Numbered from the stretch's first letter, positions 1 through 9,753 are shown. The stretch: DNA of 46,297 nucleotides from Candidatus Binataceae bacterium (GCA_035531855.1 DATKSB010000065.1:1-46297); one strand, 5' to 3'. A program made the numbers and translations. Notes: generated from the letters alone by a model not told the origin.

Positions 1-689
1 TCGACAAGAGTCTCAAGGCGCTCAACACCGACCATGTCGACGTATACTTGATCCACTGGCCCGATCGGGTCACGCCGTTCGAAGAGCCGATGCAGGCGCT
101 CGATGAGCTGGTTAAAGCGGGCAAGGTCCGGGCTGTGGGCCTGTCGAATTTCAAACTCGGCGAGATCGAACGCTGCGCGCGCACACGGCGCGTCGACGTC
201 GTGCAGTATTGCTGGAACATGTTCGATCGCCGCACGCAAAAGGAAATTTTTCCGTACTGCCGCGAAAACGGTATCGGCGTGATGGCTTACGGCTCGCTCG
301 CCTACGGGATGCTGACCGGCACCTTCAGCGAGGAGTCGGCGTTCGAGAAGGGCGACTGGCGCTCGCGCCGCGGCAAGCTTGGCAATATCAACCTGTTTCA
401 GCATCTGTTTGGCCCTGAGCACTTCCTCAACAACCTGCGCGCGGTCGAGGATCTGAAGACGATCGCGAAGCGCTACAACAAATCGTTGCCGCAGCTTGCT
501 TTGCGCTGGACGCTCTCCAATCCCGTAATCAGCACGGCTCTGGTGGGATGCCGCAATCCGCGCGAGGTTGACGACAACGCCGGTGCGCTCGGATGGTCCA
601 TCTCCGACGCGGATATGAGGGAGATCGATGCGATCTTCGCGCGTCACGGTGCGATCACGATGCCAGAGTCTTGGCTCGAGACTGAATAG
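1..689 (+). CDS. Aldo/keto reductase, 5' end cut by window edge
   Basis: The frame is open from nt 3 (DKSLKALNTDHVDVYLIHWPD...), upstream of the start at 48 used by the ORF track. The translation is a typical AKR C-terminal half (VRAVGLSNF, LALRW, ALVGCRNPREV). Confidence 0.85.
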   Translation, partial: DKSLKALNTDHVDVYLIHWPDRVTPFEEPMQALDELVKAGKVRAVGLSNFKLGEIERCARTRRVDVVQYCWNMFDRRTQKEIFPYCRENGIGVMAYGSLAYGMLTGTFSEESAFEKGDWRSRRGKLGNINLFQHLFGPEHFLNNLRAVEDLKTIAKRYNKSLPQLALRWTLSNPVISTALVGCRNPREVDDNAGALGWSISDADMREIDAIFARHGAITMPESWLETE

Positions 690-735
690 TCATTTGCTAA
701 TGAACTGAGGTCGCTGCGAATAGCCGAGGTACCGT

Positions 736-2136
736 ATGCCGGTCCAGAAATTTGCGCCGATGACCAAAACTTTCCCGACCTTCGATTGCGATGCTCATGT
801 GACGGAGCCGCCATGGCTGTGGGAGCGCGCGAAAGACTGGCTGACCAAAGACGAATACGAGGCGCTCAAGAATACCATCTGGTACGATCCCGAAACCGAT
901 CAGCTAATAGTCAATGGCAAAGGCGGCGCGGGAATCGGCTCGCAGCGTATCGGCGGAGCGGCAGGGATGGTCAACGTGCTGTCGCTTGCGGGACCCGGCC
1001 TCAAACACGATATTCAGCGCGCGCTCAACGTCCGCAACTTGAATCCCAAGACCGCGCTCACCAAGGAGCAGGCTGAGTATATCGATCACAAGGGTTCCTA
1101 CGAGCCCAAGCCCCGCCTGCGCGACATGGATGTGCAGGGAATCGATCAGGTGATGATTATTCCCACCGACATCGATACCTACCCGTGGCTGCTGAACGCC
1201 GTCGGCGCTAAGGCGATGTGCAAGGCGTACAACGAATGGGCCTACGAGTACTGCCAGGAGAATCCCGAGCGGCTCTATTTCGCCGCGATGCTCCCGATGC
1301 AGGATCCGAAGTTCGCCGAACAGGAAGTGTATCGCGTCGCGGACAAGGGGTGCCGCGTCGGTCTGGTGCGGCCGATCGATGCGATGGGCAATTATCCGAT
1401 TCAACCCAAGTACGAGCGCGTGTGGCGCGCGATGGAGGAAACCGGTGTCGTTTACGGGATGCATCCGTTTCCCGCCTTTGGCTCGCTCAAGCCGCCGGGT
1501 TACACCGAGCAGCATTCGGGAGCCGAATTGATTTCGCTGACCGCGACCTCGTCGGGGTTGCCGCATTCGTTTCTGATCAACGTGCAGGATTTCCAGGCGG
1601 AAGCGTCGTTGTGGGTCGTGATGGTTCTGATGTCTGGATTTTTCGACCGCTTTCCGAAGTTGAAGGCTGCGGTGTTCGAAGCGTCGTCGACCTGGCTCAG
1701 CTTCGTGCTCGATGAATGCGACAAAAACTACCGGCTCTATCGCAACGAGCGGCGCCTGCGGCCGCTTAAGAAACTCCCGAGCGAGACATTCTTCGAACGT
1801 TGCGTGACCGGTTTCGAGGGCGACGAAGCTCCGCCGTCACGTCTGCCCGAATTCTACGAGAACATCCTGGCGTGGTCGTCCGACGTGTACCATCACGATG
1901 GCGACGACGCGTGGCGCGCGATCGATACGATGCGGAAATGCGAACTGCCCGAGCCGTATCAAGCCAAATTTCTGGGCGGTAACGCCCGCAAGATGTACCG
2001 GATCGATGCGCCCAAAACCTTCATCGCCGATCGGGTCACCGAAATCGAACGTCCCGACTGGTGGCCGACCGAGGAAGAAATCAAGCGATCGCTTGACCCT
2101 GAAACTTCGGTCAGACGCCAGATGACTCCGCGCTAA
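736..2136 (+). CDS. Amidohydrolase-2 family metal-dependent hydrolase/decarboxylase (ACMSD/LigW-like)
   Basis: 466 aa. N-terminal FDCDAHVTEP metal-ligand motif and C-terminal SDVYHHD motif typical of this family. GAGG lies 6 nt upstream of the ATG. Confidence 0.8.
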   Translation: MPVQKFAPMTKTFPTFDCDAHVTEPPWLWERAKDWLTKDEYEALKNTIWYDPETDQLIVNGKGGAGIGSQRIGGAAGMVNVLSLAGPGLKHDIQRALNVRNLNPKTALTKEQAEYIDHKGSYEPKPRLRDMDVQGIDQVMIIPTDIDTYPWLLNAVGAKAMCKAYNEWAYEYCQENPERLYFAAMLPMQDPKFAEQEVYRVADKGCRVGLVRPIDAMGNYPIQPKYERVWRAMEETGVVYGMHPFPAFGSLKPPGYTEQHSGAELISLTATSSGLPHSFLINVQDFQAEASLWVVMVLMSGFFDRFPKLKAAVFEASSTWLSFVLDECDKNYRLYRNERRLRPLKKLPSETFFERCVTGFEGDEAPPSRLPEFYENILAWSSDVYHHDGDDAWRAIDTMRKCELPEPYQAKFLGGNARKMYRIDAPKTFIADRVTEIERPDWWPTEEEIKRSLDPETSVRRQMTPR

Positions 2137-2162
2137 CGAAGAGGGCGGGAAAGAGGACGACA

Positions 2163-3452
2163 ATGGCGAACAAGCGATTTGCAGTTTTTGATAGCGACTC
2201 GCACGTCGTCGAGCCGCCAGAGTTGTGGAGCAAATATCTGGACCCGGAATTCCGGACGTTGGGAAAGATCGCGCTGTGGCGTGAAGATGGCAAGTTCGGC
2301 TCGTACCTCAAGGTCAACGGCAAGGTTTTCCGCGACCCGATGAACTCGAACATCCCGCGCCACGCGATCTGGCGGCCCGGGATGACATGGGACAAGGTCG
2401 GGGAACTCGATCCGGGCGCTCGCTACGCCGCGACTGCGGGCGCATCGAACGCCGAGGCTCGACTGCGCGACATGGATGCGATGGGCATCGATCAGGCGCT
2501 GCTCTATCCGACCTGGTTCGCCGAGGGGTTCCATCTCGTAGATGATCCCGATATCGCTTATGCGCTCGCGCGCGGGTACAACGACTGGATCGCGGATTTT
2601 TGCAAAGCCGCGCCTGACAGGCTGTTCGCCGCCTCGATGGTTCCGCTGCAGAACATGGACTACGCCGTCGAGGAGCTACGCCGCACCGCGCAGATTCCCG
2701 GTTTTCGCGCGGCGTTCATACGCCCGATGTTTCTCGAGGGCCATTACTTCACGCATCCGATTTACGATCCGCTATGGGCCAAGCTCGAAAGCCTCGGCAC
2801 CACCGTCGCGGTGCATCCGGCGACGGGATTGTGGAATCCGGAATGGACTTCGCACGGTCCTTTCTTCGAGAAGATAAAGACGCGCCTGAACCATCGTGCA
2901 TTCTCCGCCGCGGGTGGCGGCGGTCCTGCCGCCGGCGGTGGCTCGGACATCGCTTTCGGCTTCACCGCGTCGCCGCCACTCGGCCATCCAATTGCTCAAA
3001 TCCTTGCGCCCTGGCTCGACAATCACATGTTCGTCGCATCGACGCTGATCGGGTTCACCGTGATGCAGCGCTATCCGAACCTTAAGATGGTGGTCGCGCA
3101 CGGCAAGGCCTCGTGGATGGGAGAAGTGCTGGAGAAGATGGAAGCGTCAACCCGCACCATTCCGCTGCTGCACTACTATCCTGTGCGAACCGATACCGAG
3201 GAGATGTGGGATGAGGGCAAGATCATGCTCGGGTTCGACGCCGAGGAGCGCTTGATCCAAAAACTTCCAAATGACTTCGCCGAGAAAATCGTCTGGGGCT
3301 CGCGCTACCCGCATCACGACACGACCAGCGCCCACGACGCGATTGCGACGCTCATGGCGGCTCGCGTCGAAGAGGCAACGATCGCGAAAATGCTGGGCGG
3401 CAATGCCGCCGAGCAATTTGGCGTCAAGTTGCCGCAGACCGCCGGAGCTTAA
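2163..3452 (+). CDS. Amidohydrolase-2 family protein, paralog of the preceding gene
   Basis: 429 aa. FDSDSHVVEPPELW N-terminus parallels the upstream gene. C-terminal GSRYPHHD motif. AAGAGGA SD upstream. Confidence 0.8.
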   Translation: MANKRFAVFDSDSHVVEPPELWSKYLDPEFRTLGKIALWREDGKFGSYLKVNGKVFRDPMNSNIPRHAIWRPGMTWDKVGELDPGARYAATAGASNAEARLRDMDAMGIDQALLYPTWFAEGFHLVDDPDIAYALARGYNDWIADFCKAAPDRLFAASMVPLQNMDYAVEELRRTAQIPGFRAAFIRPMFLEGHYFTHPIYDPLWAKLESLGTTVAVHPATGLWNPEWTSHGPFFEKIKTRLNHRAFSAAGGGGPAAGGGSDIAFGFTASPPLGHPIAQILAPWLDNHMFVASTLIGFTVMQRYPNLKMVVAHGKASWMGEVLEKMEASTRTIPLLHYYPVRTDTEEMWDEGKIMLGFDAEERLIQKLPNDFAEKIVWGSRYPHHDTTSAHDAIATLMAARVEEATIAKMLGGNAAEQFGVKLPQTAGA

Positions 3453-3524
3453 GGACCGATTGCGCCGTCTGTAGATTCGCCCTTGAAGAATGCGGGCGGC
3501 GAACGCTCGGAGAGGCAGTGAAGC

Positions 3525-4691
3525 ATGGATTTCGATCTAAACGATCAACAGCAGGAAATAATCCGGCAGGTCCGCGTCTTATGCGCCAATTTCCCCGACG
3601 AGTACTGGCGGGAAAAAGATCGCAAAGCGGAATTCCCGAACGAATTTTTCCGTGCGGTCGCAGAAGCCGGCTATTTGGGAGTGGCTATTCCCGAGGAATA
3701 TGGCGGCAGCGGACTGGGCGTGACCGAGGCCGCGCTGGTGCTGCTCGAGGTGGCAGCCTCTGGCGGCGCGATGGCGGCGGCCAGCTCGATCCATCTTTCG
3801 ATCTTCGGCGTGAGCCCGCTGGTGCATCACGGCACCGAGGAACAGAAGCGCCGCTACCTGCCAAAGGTGGTGCGCGGCGAAATCCATGTCGCGTTCGCGG
3901 TGACCGAGCCGGATGCCGGCAACGACATCACGCATATCAAGACGGCCGCGCGGCGCGACGGCGATTGCTACGTGATAAACGGCCGCAAAGTATTCACGAC
4001 CAAGGCGCGTGAAGCGAGCAAGATGCTGATCCTCACGCGCACCACGCCGTTTGAGCAGGTCAAGCGAAAGACCGACGGGATGAGCCTGTTCTTCGCTGAT
4101 CTCGATCCCTCCGCGGTCGAAATCCGCGAGCTGGAAAAGTTGGGCCGCGCGGCCGTCGATACCAACATGCTTTTTGTTGACAATTTGCGAGTTCCCGCCA
4201 GCGACCTCATAGGCGAAGAAGGACGCGGATTTCACTGCCTGCTCGACGGCCTGAATCCGGAACGAATCCTGGTCGCTGCGGAAGCCATCGGAATCGGACG
4301 CGTGGCGATCACGAAAGCGATTCGCTATGCGAAGGAACGCATCGTTTTCGATCGCCCGATCGGAAAAAACCAGGCAATCGCGCATCCGCTGGCTGATTCA
4401 TATACCAAACTTGAGGCCGCGGAATTGTTGATGCTGCGCGCGGCCACGCTGTATGATCGGGGCAAGCCCTGCGGCGGCGAGGCCAACGCGGCCAAGCTAC
4501 GCGCTGCCGACGCCGGTTTTGAAGCCTGCGACCGCGCGGTTCAGACCCTCGGTGGATACGGATACATCCGCGACTACGACGTCGAGCGGTATTTCCGCGA
4601 GTGTCGTCTGACCAAGATAGCGCCGCTGTCACAGGAGATGGCGCTGAATTCGATCTGTGAGCACGTGCTTGGCCTTCCACGCTCGTATTAG
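3525..4691 (+). CDS. Acyl-CoA dehydrogenase
   Basis: 388 aa. ACAD motifs: AFAVTEPDAGND, YVINGRKVFTT, and C-terminal QTLGGYGY..ERYFRE. Confidence 0.9.
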   Translation: MDFDLNDQQQEIIRQVRVLCANFPDEYWREKDRKAEFPNEFFRAVAEAGYLGVAIPEEYGGSGLGVTEAALVLLEVAASGGAMAAASSIHLSIFGVSPLVHHGTEEQKRRYLPKVVRGEIHVAFAVTEPDAGNDITHIKTAARRDGDCYVINGRKVFTTKAREASKMLILTRTTPFEQVKRKTDGMSLFFADLDPSAVEIRELEKLGRAAVDTNMLFVDNLRVPASDLIGEEGRGFHCLLDGLNPERILVAAEAIGIGRVAITKAIRYAKERIVFDRPIGKNQAIAHPLADSYTKLEAAELLMLRAATLYDRGKPCGGEANAAKLRAADAGFEACDRAVQTLGGYGYIRDYDVERYFRECRLTKIAPLSQEMALNSICEHVLGLPRSY

Positions 4692-4726
4692 TGCAACCGC
4701 CGAGGGCTGACCAAAGGAGTACACCA

Positions 4727-5851
4727 ATGCATGTAGGATATGGAGTCGCCTTTCAGAATCCTCACAATACTATTTCCGATGCCGAGGTTTATCAAAATGA
4801 ACTGCGGTTGTGCGAAATGGCCGAGCCGCTTGGTTTCGATTCCGTCTGGTCGGTCGAACATCACTTCGACGATTATACTATGTGTCCAGACGTATTGCAG
4901 TTCCTCGCATATATGGCGGGCAAGACGAGCAAAGTGCAGTTGGGTTCGATGGTCGTGGTCCTGCCTTGGCACGACCCGGTGCGCGTCGCCGAACAAATCT
5001 CAGTGCTCGATCATATTTCCAATGGCCGCTTCATATTGGGACTCGGCCGCGGTCTCGCGCGAATCGAGTATGAAGGATTCCGTCTCGATCAGAACGAGGG
5101 ACGAAACCTGTTCGTCGAGTATGCCGAACTGGTGCTGAATGCGCTCGAGAACGGCTACATGGAAGGCGGAAAATATACTAAGCAACCGCGCCGCGATATC
5201 CGGCCGTTCCCCGCACGCTCATTCAAAGGACGAACCTACGCGGCGGCGGTGTCTCCCGAATCGATGCCGATCATGGCGAAGCTGGGTGTGGGACTTCTGG
5301 TTATTCCGCAAAAGCCCTGGGAGGCGGTCAAGCAGGATTTCGCGATTTACCACAAGGTCTGGCGCGAAGTTAACGGCGCCGCGCCGGCGCCAAAACCTCT
5401 GTCGGGGGGATTCTGCTTCGTTGACGAGAACAAGGACCGCGCCGAAGAAATGGCGATGAAGTGGATATCGGATTACTACCGCACCGCGATGCGCCACTAC
5501 GAAATGACCTCGCAGCAATTCGGATCTCACAAGAGCTACGAGTTCTACAGCAACGTCGGAAAGTACATTGCGAAAAACGGGCTGGATGGCGCGGCGGCGG
5601 ACTTCGCCAAGCTGATGCCGTGGGGAACGCCGAACCAGGTGCTCGACAAAGTTCAGTTCATCAAGGACACGATCGATGCGAAAGGCGTGATGCTGAATTT
5701 CAGTTACGCAGGGATGCCGTGCGACGAAGCCGAGCGGAATCTCAAATGCTTTGCGAAGCACGTGCTGCCTGAATTGAAGAAGATCGAGACCGAGGCGCTC
5801 GCCGAGCCGTCTTCACTGCCGATGCCACAGAGGAGCGCGCAGGCGCGCTGA
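4727..5851 (+). CDS. LLM-class (luciferase-like) flavin-dependent oxidoreductase
   Basis: The family-typical N-terminus MHVGYGVAF...GFDSVWSVEHHF begins at ATG 4727, with AAAGGAG 8 nt upstream. The GTG at 4691 in the ORF track adds 12 unsupported residues. Confidence 0.85.
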   Translation: MHVGYGVAFQNPHNTISDAEVYQNELRLCEMAEPLGFDSVWSVEHHFDDYTMCPDVLQFLAYMAGKTSKVQLGSMVVVLPWHDPVRVAEQISVLDHISNGRFILGLGRGLARIEYEGFRLDQNEGRNLFVEYAELVLNALENGYMEGGKYTKQPRRDIRPFPARSFKGRTYAAAVSPESMPIMAKLGVGLLVIPQKPWEAVKQDFAIYHKVWREVNGAAPAPKPLSGGFCFVDENKDRAEEMAMKWISDYYRTAMRHYEMTSQQFGSHKSYEFYSNVGKYIAKNGLDGAAADFAKLMPWGTPNQVLDKVQFIKDTIDAKGVMLNFSYAGMPCDEAERNLKCFAKHVLPELKKIETEALAEPSSLPMPQRSAQAR

Positions 5852-5857
5852 TTCGAC

Positions 5858-6313
5858 ATGGCTGGACTTTTCTTCGAAGACTTTCACGACGGGCAGACTT
5901 TCAAGCACGCGATCACGAGGACCATTACGGAGACGGACAATGTCCTGTTCACCGCGTTGACCCACAATCCGCAACCGCTCCATCTCGACGCCGAATTCGC
6001 CAAGACCACGGAGTTTGGCCGTCCGCTCGTCAACAGCATCTTCACCCTGGGCCTGATGATCGGCGTCTCGGTCGGAGACACTACACTAGGCACTACGATC
6101 GCTAATCTCGGCATGACTGACGTCGTGTTCCCGAAGCCCGTTTTTCACGGCGATACGCTCCATTCCGAAACCAGCGTGCTCGAAAAACGCGAGAGCCGCT
6201 CGCGCAAGGACGCCGGAATCGTCCTGTTCGAGCATCGATGCATCAACCAGCGCGGCGAGGAAGTCGCGCGATGCAAACGCTCCGCGTTGATGCGCAAGCG
6301 GCCGGCGTCGTGA
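5858..6313 (+). CDS. MaoC-like (R)-specific enoyl-CoA hydratase, hot-dog fold
   Basis: 151 aa. [12 protein letters not shown]...[21 protein letters not shown] is characteristic of small MaoC dehydratases. Confidence 0.85.
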   Translation: MAGLFFEDFHDGQTFKHAITRTITETDNVLFTALTHNPQPLHLDAEFAKTTEFGRPLVNSIFTLGLMIGVSVGDTTLGTTIANLGMTDVVFPKPVFHGDTLHSETSVLEKRESRSRKDAGIVLFEHRCINQRGEEVARCKRSALMRKRPAS

Positions 6314-7188
6314 GTCTTCGCTCGATGCTGTTCGTGCCGGGCGACAGCGAGCGCAAGCTTGGCAAGGTCGCCGGAGGTCCGGCCGACGCGCTCATCCTCG
6401 ACCTGGAAGATTCGGTCGCCAAGGAACGGCTGCCGCTCGCGCGCGGCATCGTCGCCGAATATCTGAAGGCGTCGCGCGGCAGTGCGCGCACCCAGCAATT
6501 GTGGGTGCGGATCAATCCGCTCTCGACCGCCGACGCGCTGCCCGACCTCGTCGCGATCACGGGTGGCGCTCCCGATGGTGTCGTCGTTCCGAAAACCAAT
6601 TCGGGCGCCGATGCGACTTTGCTCGGTCACTACCTGACCGCGCTCGAAACGCGCGAAGGAGTTGAGCCGGGCAGCATCAGGATTCTCGCGGTGGCGACTG
6701 AAACTCCGGCCGCGATGTTCACGCTCGGAAGCTTCGCGGGATCGACGCCGCGCCTCTACGGCATGACTTGGGGCGCCGAGGATTTGCCGGCGGCGGTGGG
6801 AGCATCGACCAGCCTCGACGATTCCGGCAACCTCGATTTCACCTACCAGCTCGCGCGCTCGTTGTGCCTGCTCGCGGCCACCGCGGCGGAGGTCGAGCCG
6901 CTCGACACCGTGTACACGGACTTCCGCGACGGCGCGGGTCTGATGAAGAACGCGCAGGCGGCGCGCCGCGCGGGCTTTACCGGCAAGATCGCGATTCATC
7001 CGGACCAGGTCGAAATCATCAACCAGGCGTTCACGCCTTCGGCCGACGACATCGCGCATGCGCGGCGCGTGATCGAGGCCTTCGCGTCCGGCGCGGGCGC
7101 GGGCACGGTGGCCCTGGAAGGCAAGATGCTCGACATGCCCCATCTGAAACAGGCGCATCGAGTACTCGCGATCGCAAAACCGCGATAG
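6310..7188 (+). CDS. HpcH/HpaI-CitE family acyl-CoA lyase (citryl/citramalyl/malyl-CoA lyase-like)
   Basis: [15 protein letters not shown]...LDLEDSV...IHPDQV motifs. The likely start is GTG 6310, overlapping the MaoC stop as GTGA. The ORF-track start at 6238 would overlap MaoC by 76 nt. Confidence 0.8.
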   Translation: MSLRSMLFVPGDSERKLGKVAGGPADALILDLEDSVAKERLPLARGIVAEYLKASRGSARTQQLWVRINPLSTADALPDLVAITGGAPDGVVVPKTNSGADATLLGHYLTALETREGVEPGSIRILAVATETPAAMFTLGSFAGSTPRLYGMTWGAEDLPAAVGASTSLDDSGNLDFTYQLARSLCLLAATAAEVEPLDTVYTDFRDGAGLMKNAQAARRAGFTGKIAIHPDQVEIINQAFTPSADDIAHARRVIEAFASGAGAGTVALEGKMLDMPHLKQAHRVLAIAKPR

Positions 7189-7207
7189 GCCCATCAGCGA
7201 GGTCGGT

Positions 7208-7225
7208 GCGAACGCTATCGTTCGC
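7208..7225 (+). terminator. Weak hairpin downstream of the CitE-like gene
   Basis: GCGAACG-CTAT-CGTTCGC (7-bp stem, 4-nt loop) lies 20 nt after the stop at 7188. No U-tract follows, so termination is uncertain. Confidence 0.3.
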
Positions 7226-7230
7226 GCTCT

Positions 7231-7263
7231 AACTTGACAGTGTCAAGTTTTCGCGCTTATCCT
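7231..7263 (+). promoter_or_regulatory. Candidate sigma70 promoter with embedded palindromic (TetR-type) operator for the Rieske oxygenase genes
   Basis: A perfect 19-bp palindrome AACTTGACAGTGTCAAGTT spans 7231-7249. Its TTGACA (7234-7239) is a consensus -35. An 18-nt spacer separates it from TATCCT (7258-7263). The element lies about 50-80 nt upstream of ATG 7310. Confidence 0.5.
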
Positions 7264-7309
7264 GATCCTCAACGCGGCTTGAATCGGACCGCTAAGAGGA
7301 GCGCGAAAG

Positions 7310-8581
7310 ATGAAACATTCAGAGTATGTCGCCCCGGACGGCTCGTGGATCAGGCCGGAGATTTTCTCCGACCCCGCTCTCTACGAGCTGGAGAAGCAGC
7401 GCGTCTTCGGCCGCTCATGGCTCCTGCTCGGCCACCTATCGCAATTGCCTAGGGCCGGCTCATTCCTGCGCACCTACATGGGCGAAGAGTCGGTGCTCGT
7501 GACTCGAGACCGCATCGGCCGGATTCACGCCCACCTGAACGCCTGCCGCCATCGCGGCTACCAGGTCTGCCAGGAAGATCGCGGAACCGCGCAGCGCTTC
7601 CAGTGCCGCTACCACGGCTGGACCTATGACAGCGACGGCAGCCTCGCGACCGTGCCCGGAGAAGAGTCCATTTATTACCAGGAGATCGACAAGCGGCAAT
7701 GGGGGCTTGTGCCCGTCGCTCGCGTGGAAACCTACAAGGGACTCATCTTCGGCAATTTCGATCCGGATTCTCCGGCCCTTGAAGCATTCCTCGGCGACAT
7801 GGCCTGGTATCTCGACATCATTCTCGATCGCCGGGAGGGCGGGACTGAGCTGCTCGGCCCGCAACGATGGCGTATAGCCAGTAACTGGAAAGTCGTTGCC
7901 GAAAATCATTGCGGCGACGAGTACCACATCGGTTTTGCGCACGGTTCGGTCTTCCCGCGCGACCTCGGGTCAAATCGCGCCACCCCTCTGCCTTTTGCGC
8001 GCGAGGTTCGTCCGGGACTCGGCCATGGCGTCGGGGTCAATATCTTTCCGGACGAAATGGCGCCGCAGAATTACTTGAGACTCGGCCCAGACTTTCCACC
8101 ACATGTCGAAAAATATTCGCTTGGCGTTCAGGACGAGATCGTGAGGAGGCTCGGCTCGCAGCGAGCGCGGATGGCTCTCATCCACGGCGCGGTGTGGCCG
8201 AATTTCGGAATGGTGCCGATCGTGAACTCGCTGCGCGTCATCCAACCCCGCGGAATCGGCGAGGTGGAGATGTGGTCGTACTGCGTGGTCGATCGCGATG
8301 CGCCGCCGGACGTGAAGGCATGGATATCAGGCCAGTCGGCCCGCACATTTGGACCCGCCGGAAGTTTTGAGCAGGACGATGCCGGAAACTGGACGGCGGT
8401 GACCCGTTCCAGCTCCGGTACCGAGGCGCGCAAACAGCGCCTCAATCTCCAGATGGGAGCCGGCCATGAAGAGCGATCGGATCGGATGCCGGGCGAACTA
8501 GGTCTTACCGCGAGCGAGATCAATCAGCGCGGCTTCTACCTTCGCTGGATGCACGACATGTTCGACGGAGCGTCAGCATGA
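7310..8581 (+). CDS. Rieske-type aromatic ring-hydroxylating oxygenase, alpha subunit
   Basis: Rieske motif CRHRG...(17 aa)...CRYHGW. Mononuclear iron motif DEYHIGFAH (D-x2-H-x4-H). AAGAGGAG SD upstream. Confidence 0.9.
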   Translation: MKHSEYVAPDGSWIRPEIFSDPALYELEKQRVFGRSWLLLGHLSQLPRAGSFLRTYMGEESVLVTRDRIGRIHAHLNACRHRGYQVCQEDRGTAQRFQCRYHGWTYDSDGSLATVPGEESIYYQEIDKRQWGLVPVARVETYKGLIFGNFDPDSPALEAFLGDMAWYLDIILDRREGGTELLGPQRWRIASNWKVVAENHCGDEYHIGFAHGSVFPRDLGSNRATPLPFAREVRPGLGHGVGVNIFPDEMAPQNYLRLGPDFPPHVEKYSLGVQDEIVRRLGSQRARMALIHGAVWPNFGMVPIVNSLRVIQPRGIGEVEMWSYCVVDRDAPPDVKAWISGQSARTFGPAGSFEQDDAGNWTAVTRSSSGTEARKQRLNLQMGAGHEERSDRMPGELGLTASEINQRGFYLRWMHDMFDGASA

Positions 8582-9114
8582 ACGGCGAGAATTTCACCCG
8601 ACTCCTTCAGGTCCAGCAGTGGCTCTATCACGAGGCGCGCTTGCTCGACTCTCGACGCTTCGATCTGTGGCTCGATCTCCTGGACGAAGGAATCCGCTAC
8701 CGCGTTCCCAGCCGATCTTACATCCGGCAGGGGCACGTCAAGGATTTCTCTACCTGGTCGGTGGATCGCGAACTGGAAGCGGACGATGCTTTGGCGCTGA
8801 TCGACGATGACCTGTCCGCGCTTCGCACTCGAATCGAACGCCTGCAGAGTGGCATGGCCTGGGCCGAGTCGCCGCCGTCGATGGCTCGACGTCTGGTGAG
8901 CAACGTGATGATCACAGCCATCGACGCGAACGGCCGAATGTCAGTGGTCAGCACGCTGTTCCTGGCCAAGGTCCGCGGCGACCAGCGCGTGCTCTTCACT
9001 GCGGAACGGCGCGATCGGATTGTCCCTGCGGGTGAAAGCTTTCGCCTTCAGGAGCGTTACGTCGTCCTCGATGACGTCGTTTTGGCCTCGGAAAATTTGT
9101 CGCTTCTCTTTTGA
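8578..9114 (+). CDS. Ring-hydroxylating oxygenase beta subunit (SnoaL/NTF2-like)
   Basis: 178 aa. ATGA overlap with the alpha-subunit stop. LLDSRRFDLWLDLL..IRY and LERYVVLD are typical of beta subunits. Confidence 0.85.
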   Translation: MNGENFTRLLQVQQWLYHEARLLDSRRFDLWLDLLDEGIRYRVPSRSYIRQGHVKDFSTWSVDRELEADDALALIDDDLSALRTRIERLQSGMAWAESPPSMARRLVSNVMITAIDANGRMSVVSTLFLAKVRGDQRVLFTAERRDRIVPAGESFRLQERYVVLDDVVLASENLSLLF

Positions 9115-9719
9115 GCGACCCGTGCAGCTTTCGCCCCGGCTTGGCTGAACATCTGCGAGGTCATGTCGATGAAGGAGGCGATCGAGATATCTGGAGATTT
9201 GATGCTCAAGGGGCCATCGAGCCAGAGCGTCGCGACCCCATGCGCGGCAGCCCATAGCGCATTCGCGATCTCAATCAGCCGCTTGTCGGTCTTAGCGATG
9301 CTCGGGTGGCATGCCGCAACCGAATCTACCAGCCGTTGGAACGACAGATTGGCTTGCTCGCGAGCCGCCCCATGGCGTCTGAAATCAACCAGCTCGGGCC
9401 GGAACATCACTCCGTAATGGACGGGATTCTCAATCGCGAAAAGCATGTAAGCGCGAAGCACGTTGCGGAGAATTTCCGCAGGGCGCTTGCGGCGGTATTT
9501 TGTACGGACTTCTGTCAGGCGCGCGTCCAGCCGCGTGAAACCCGCTTGCGCAATCGCCGCAAGTATCCCCTCGCGATTGGCGAAGTGATGATACGGAGTC
9601 TGGTGGCTCACGCCGGCCCGGCGCGACATCTCCCGAAAGCTCAGCCCGCCCAGACCCTGCTCCTTGATCAGACGGACGCTCTCCTCGAGAAGTCTTCGCT
9701 TGGCCTCTTCAGCCTTCAT
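9057..9719 (-). CDS. TetR/AcrR family transcriptional regulator
   Basis: N-terminal HTH LSFREMSRRAGVSHQTPYHHFANREGIL. 220 aa. The 3' end overlaps the beta-subunit gene by 58 nt (convergent). Confidence 0.9.
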   Translation of the reverse strand: MKAEEAKRRLLEESVRLIKEQGLGGLSFREMSRRAGVSHQTPYHHFANREGILAAIAQAGFTRLDARLTEVRTKYRRKRPAEILRNVLRAYMLFAIENPVHYGVMFRPELVDFRRHGAAREQANLSFQRLVDSVAACHPSIAKTDKRLIEIANALWAAAHGVATLWLDGPLSIKSPDISIASFIDMTSQMFSQAGAKAARVAQKRSDKFSEAKTTSSRTT

Positions 9720-9753
9720 CCCGTCGTTCCCCTACCCTGATACGTCCAGCTTC

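Noticed and set aside
6145-7194. 349-aa minus-strand ORF antisense to the CitE-like gene.
   Set aside because: The composition is Arg/Ala/Gly-rich and low in complexity, with no recognisable motifs. It fully overlaps a well-supported plus-strand gene, so it is a high-GC antisense artefact.
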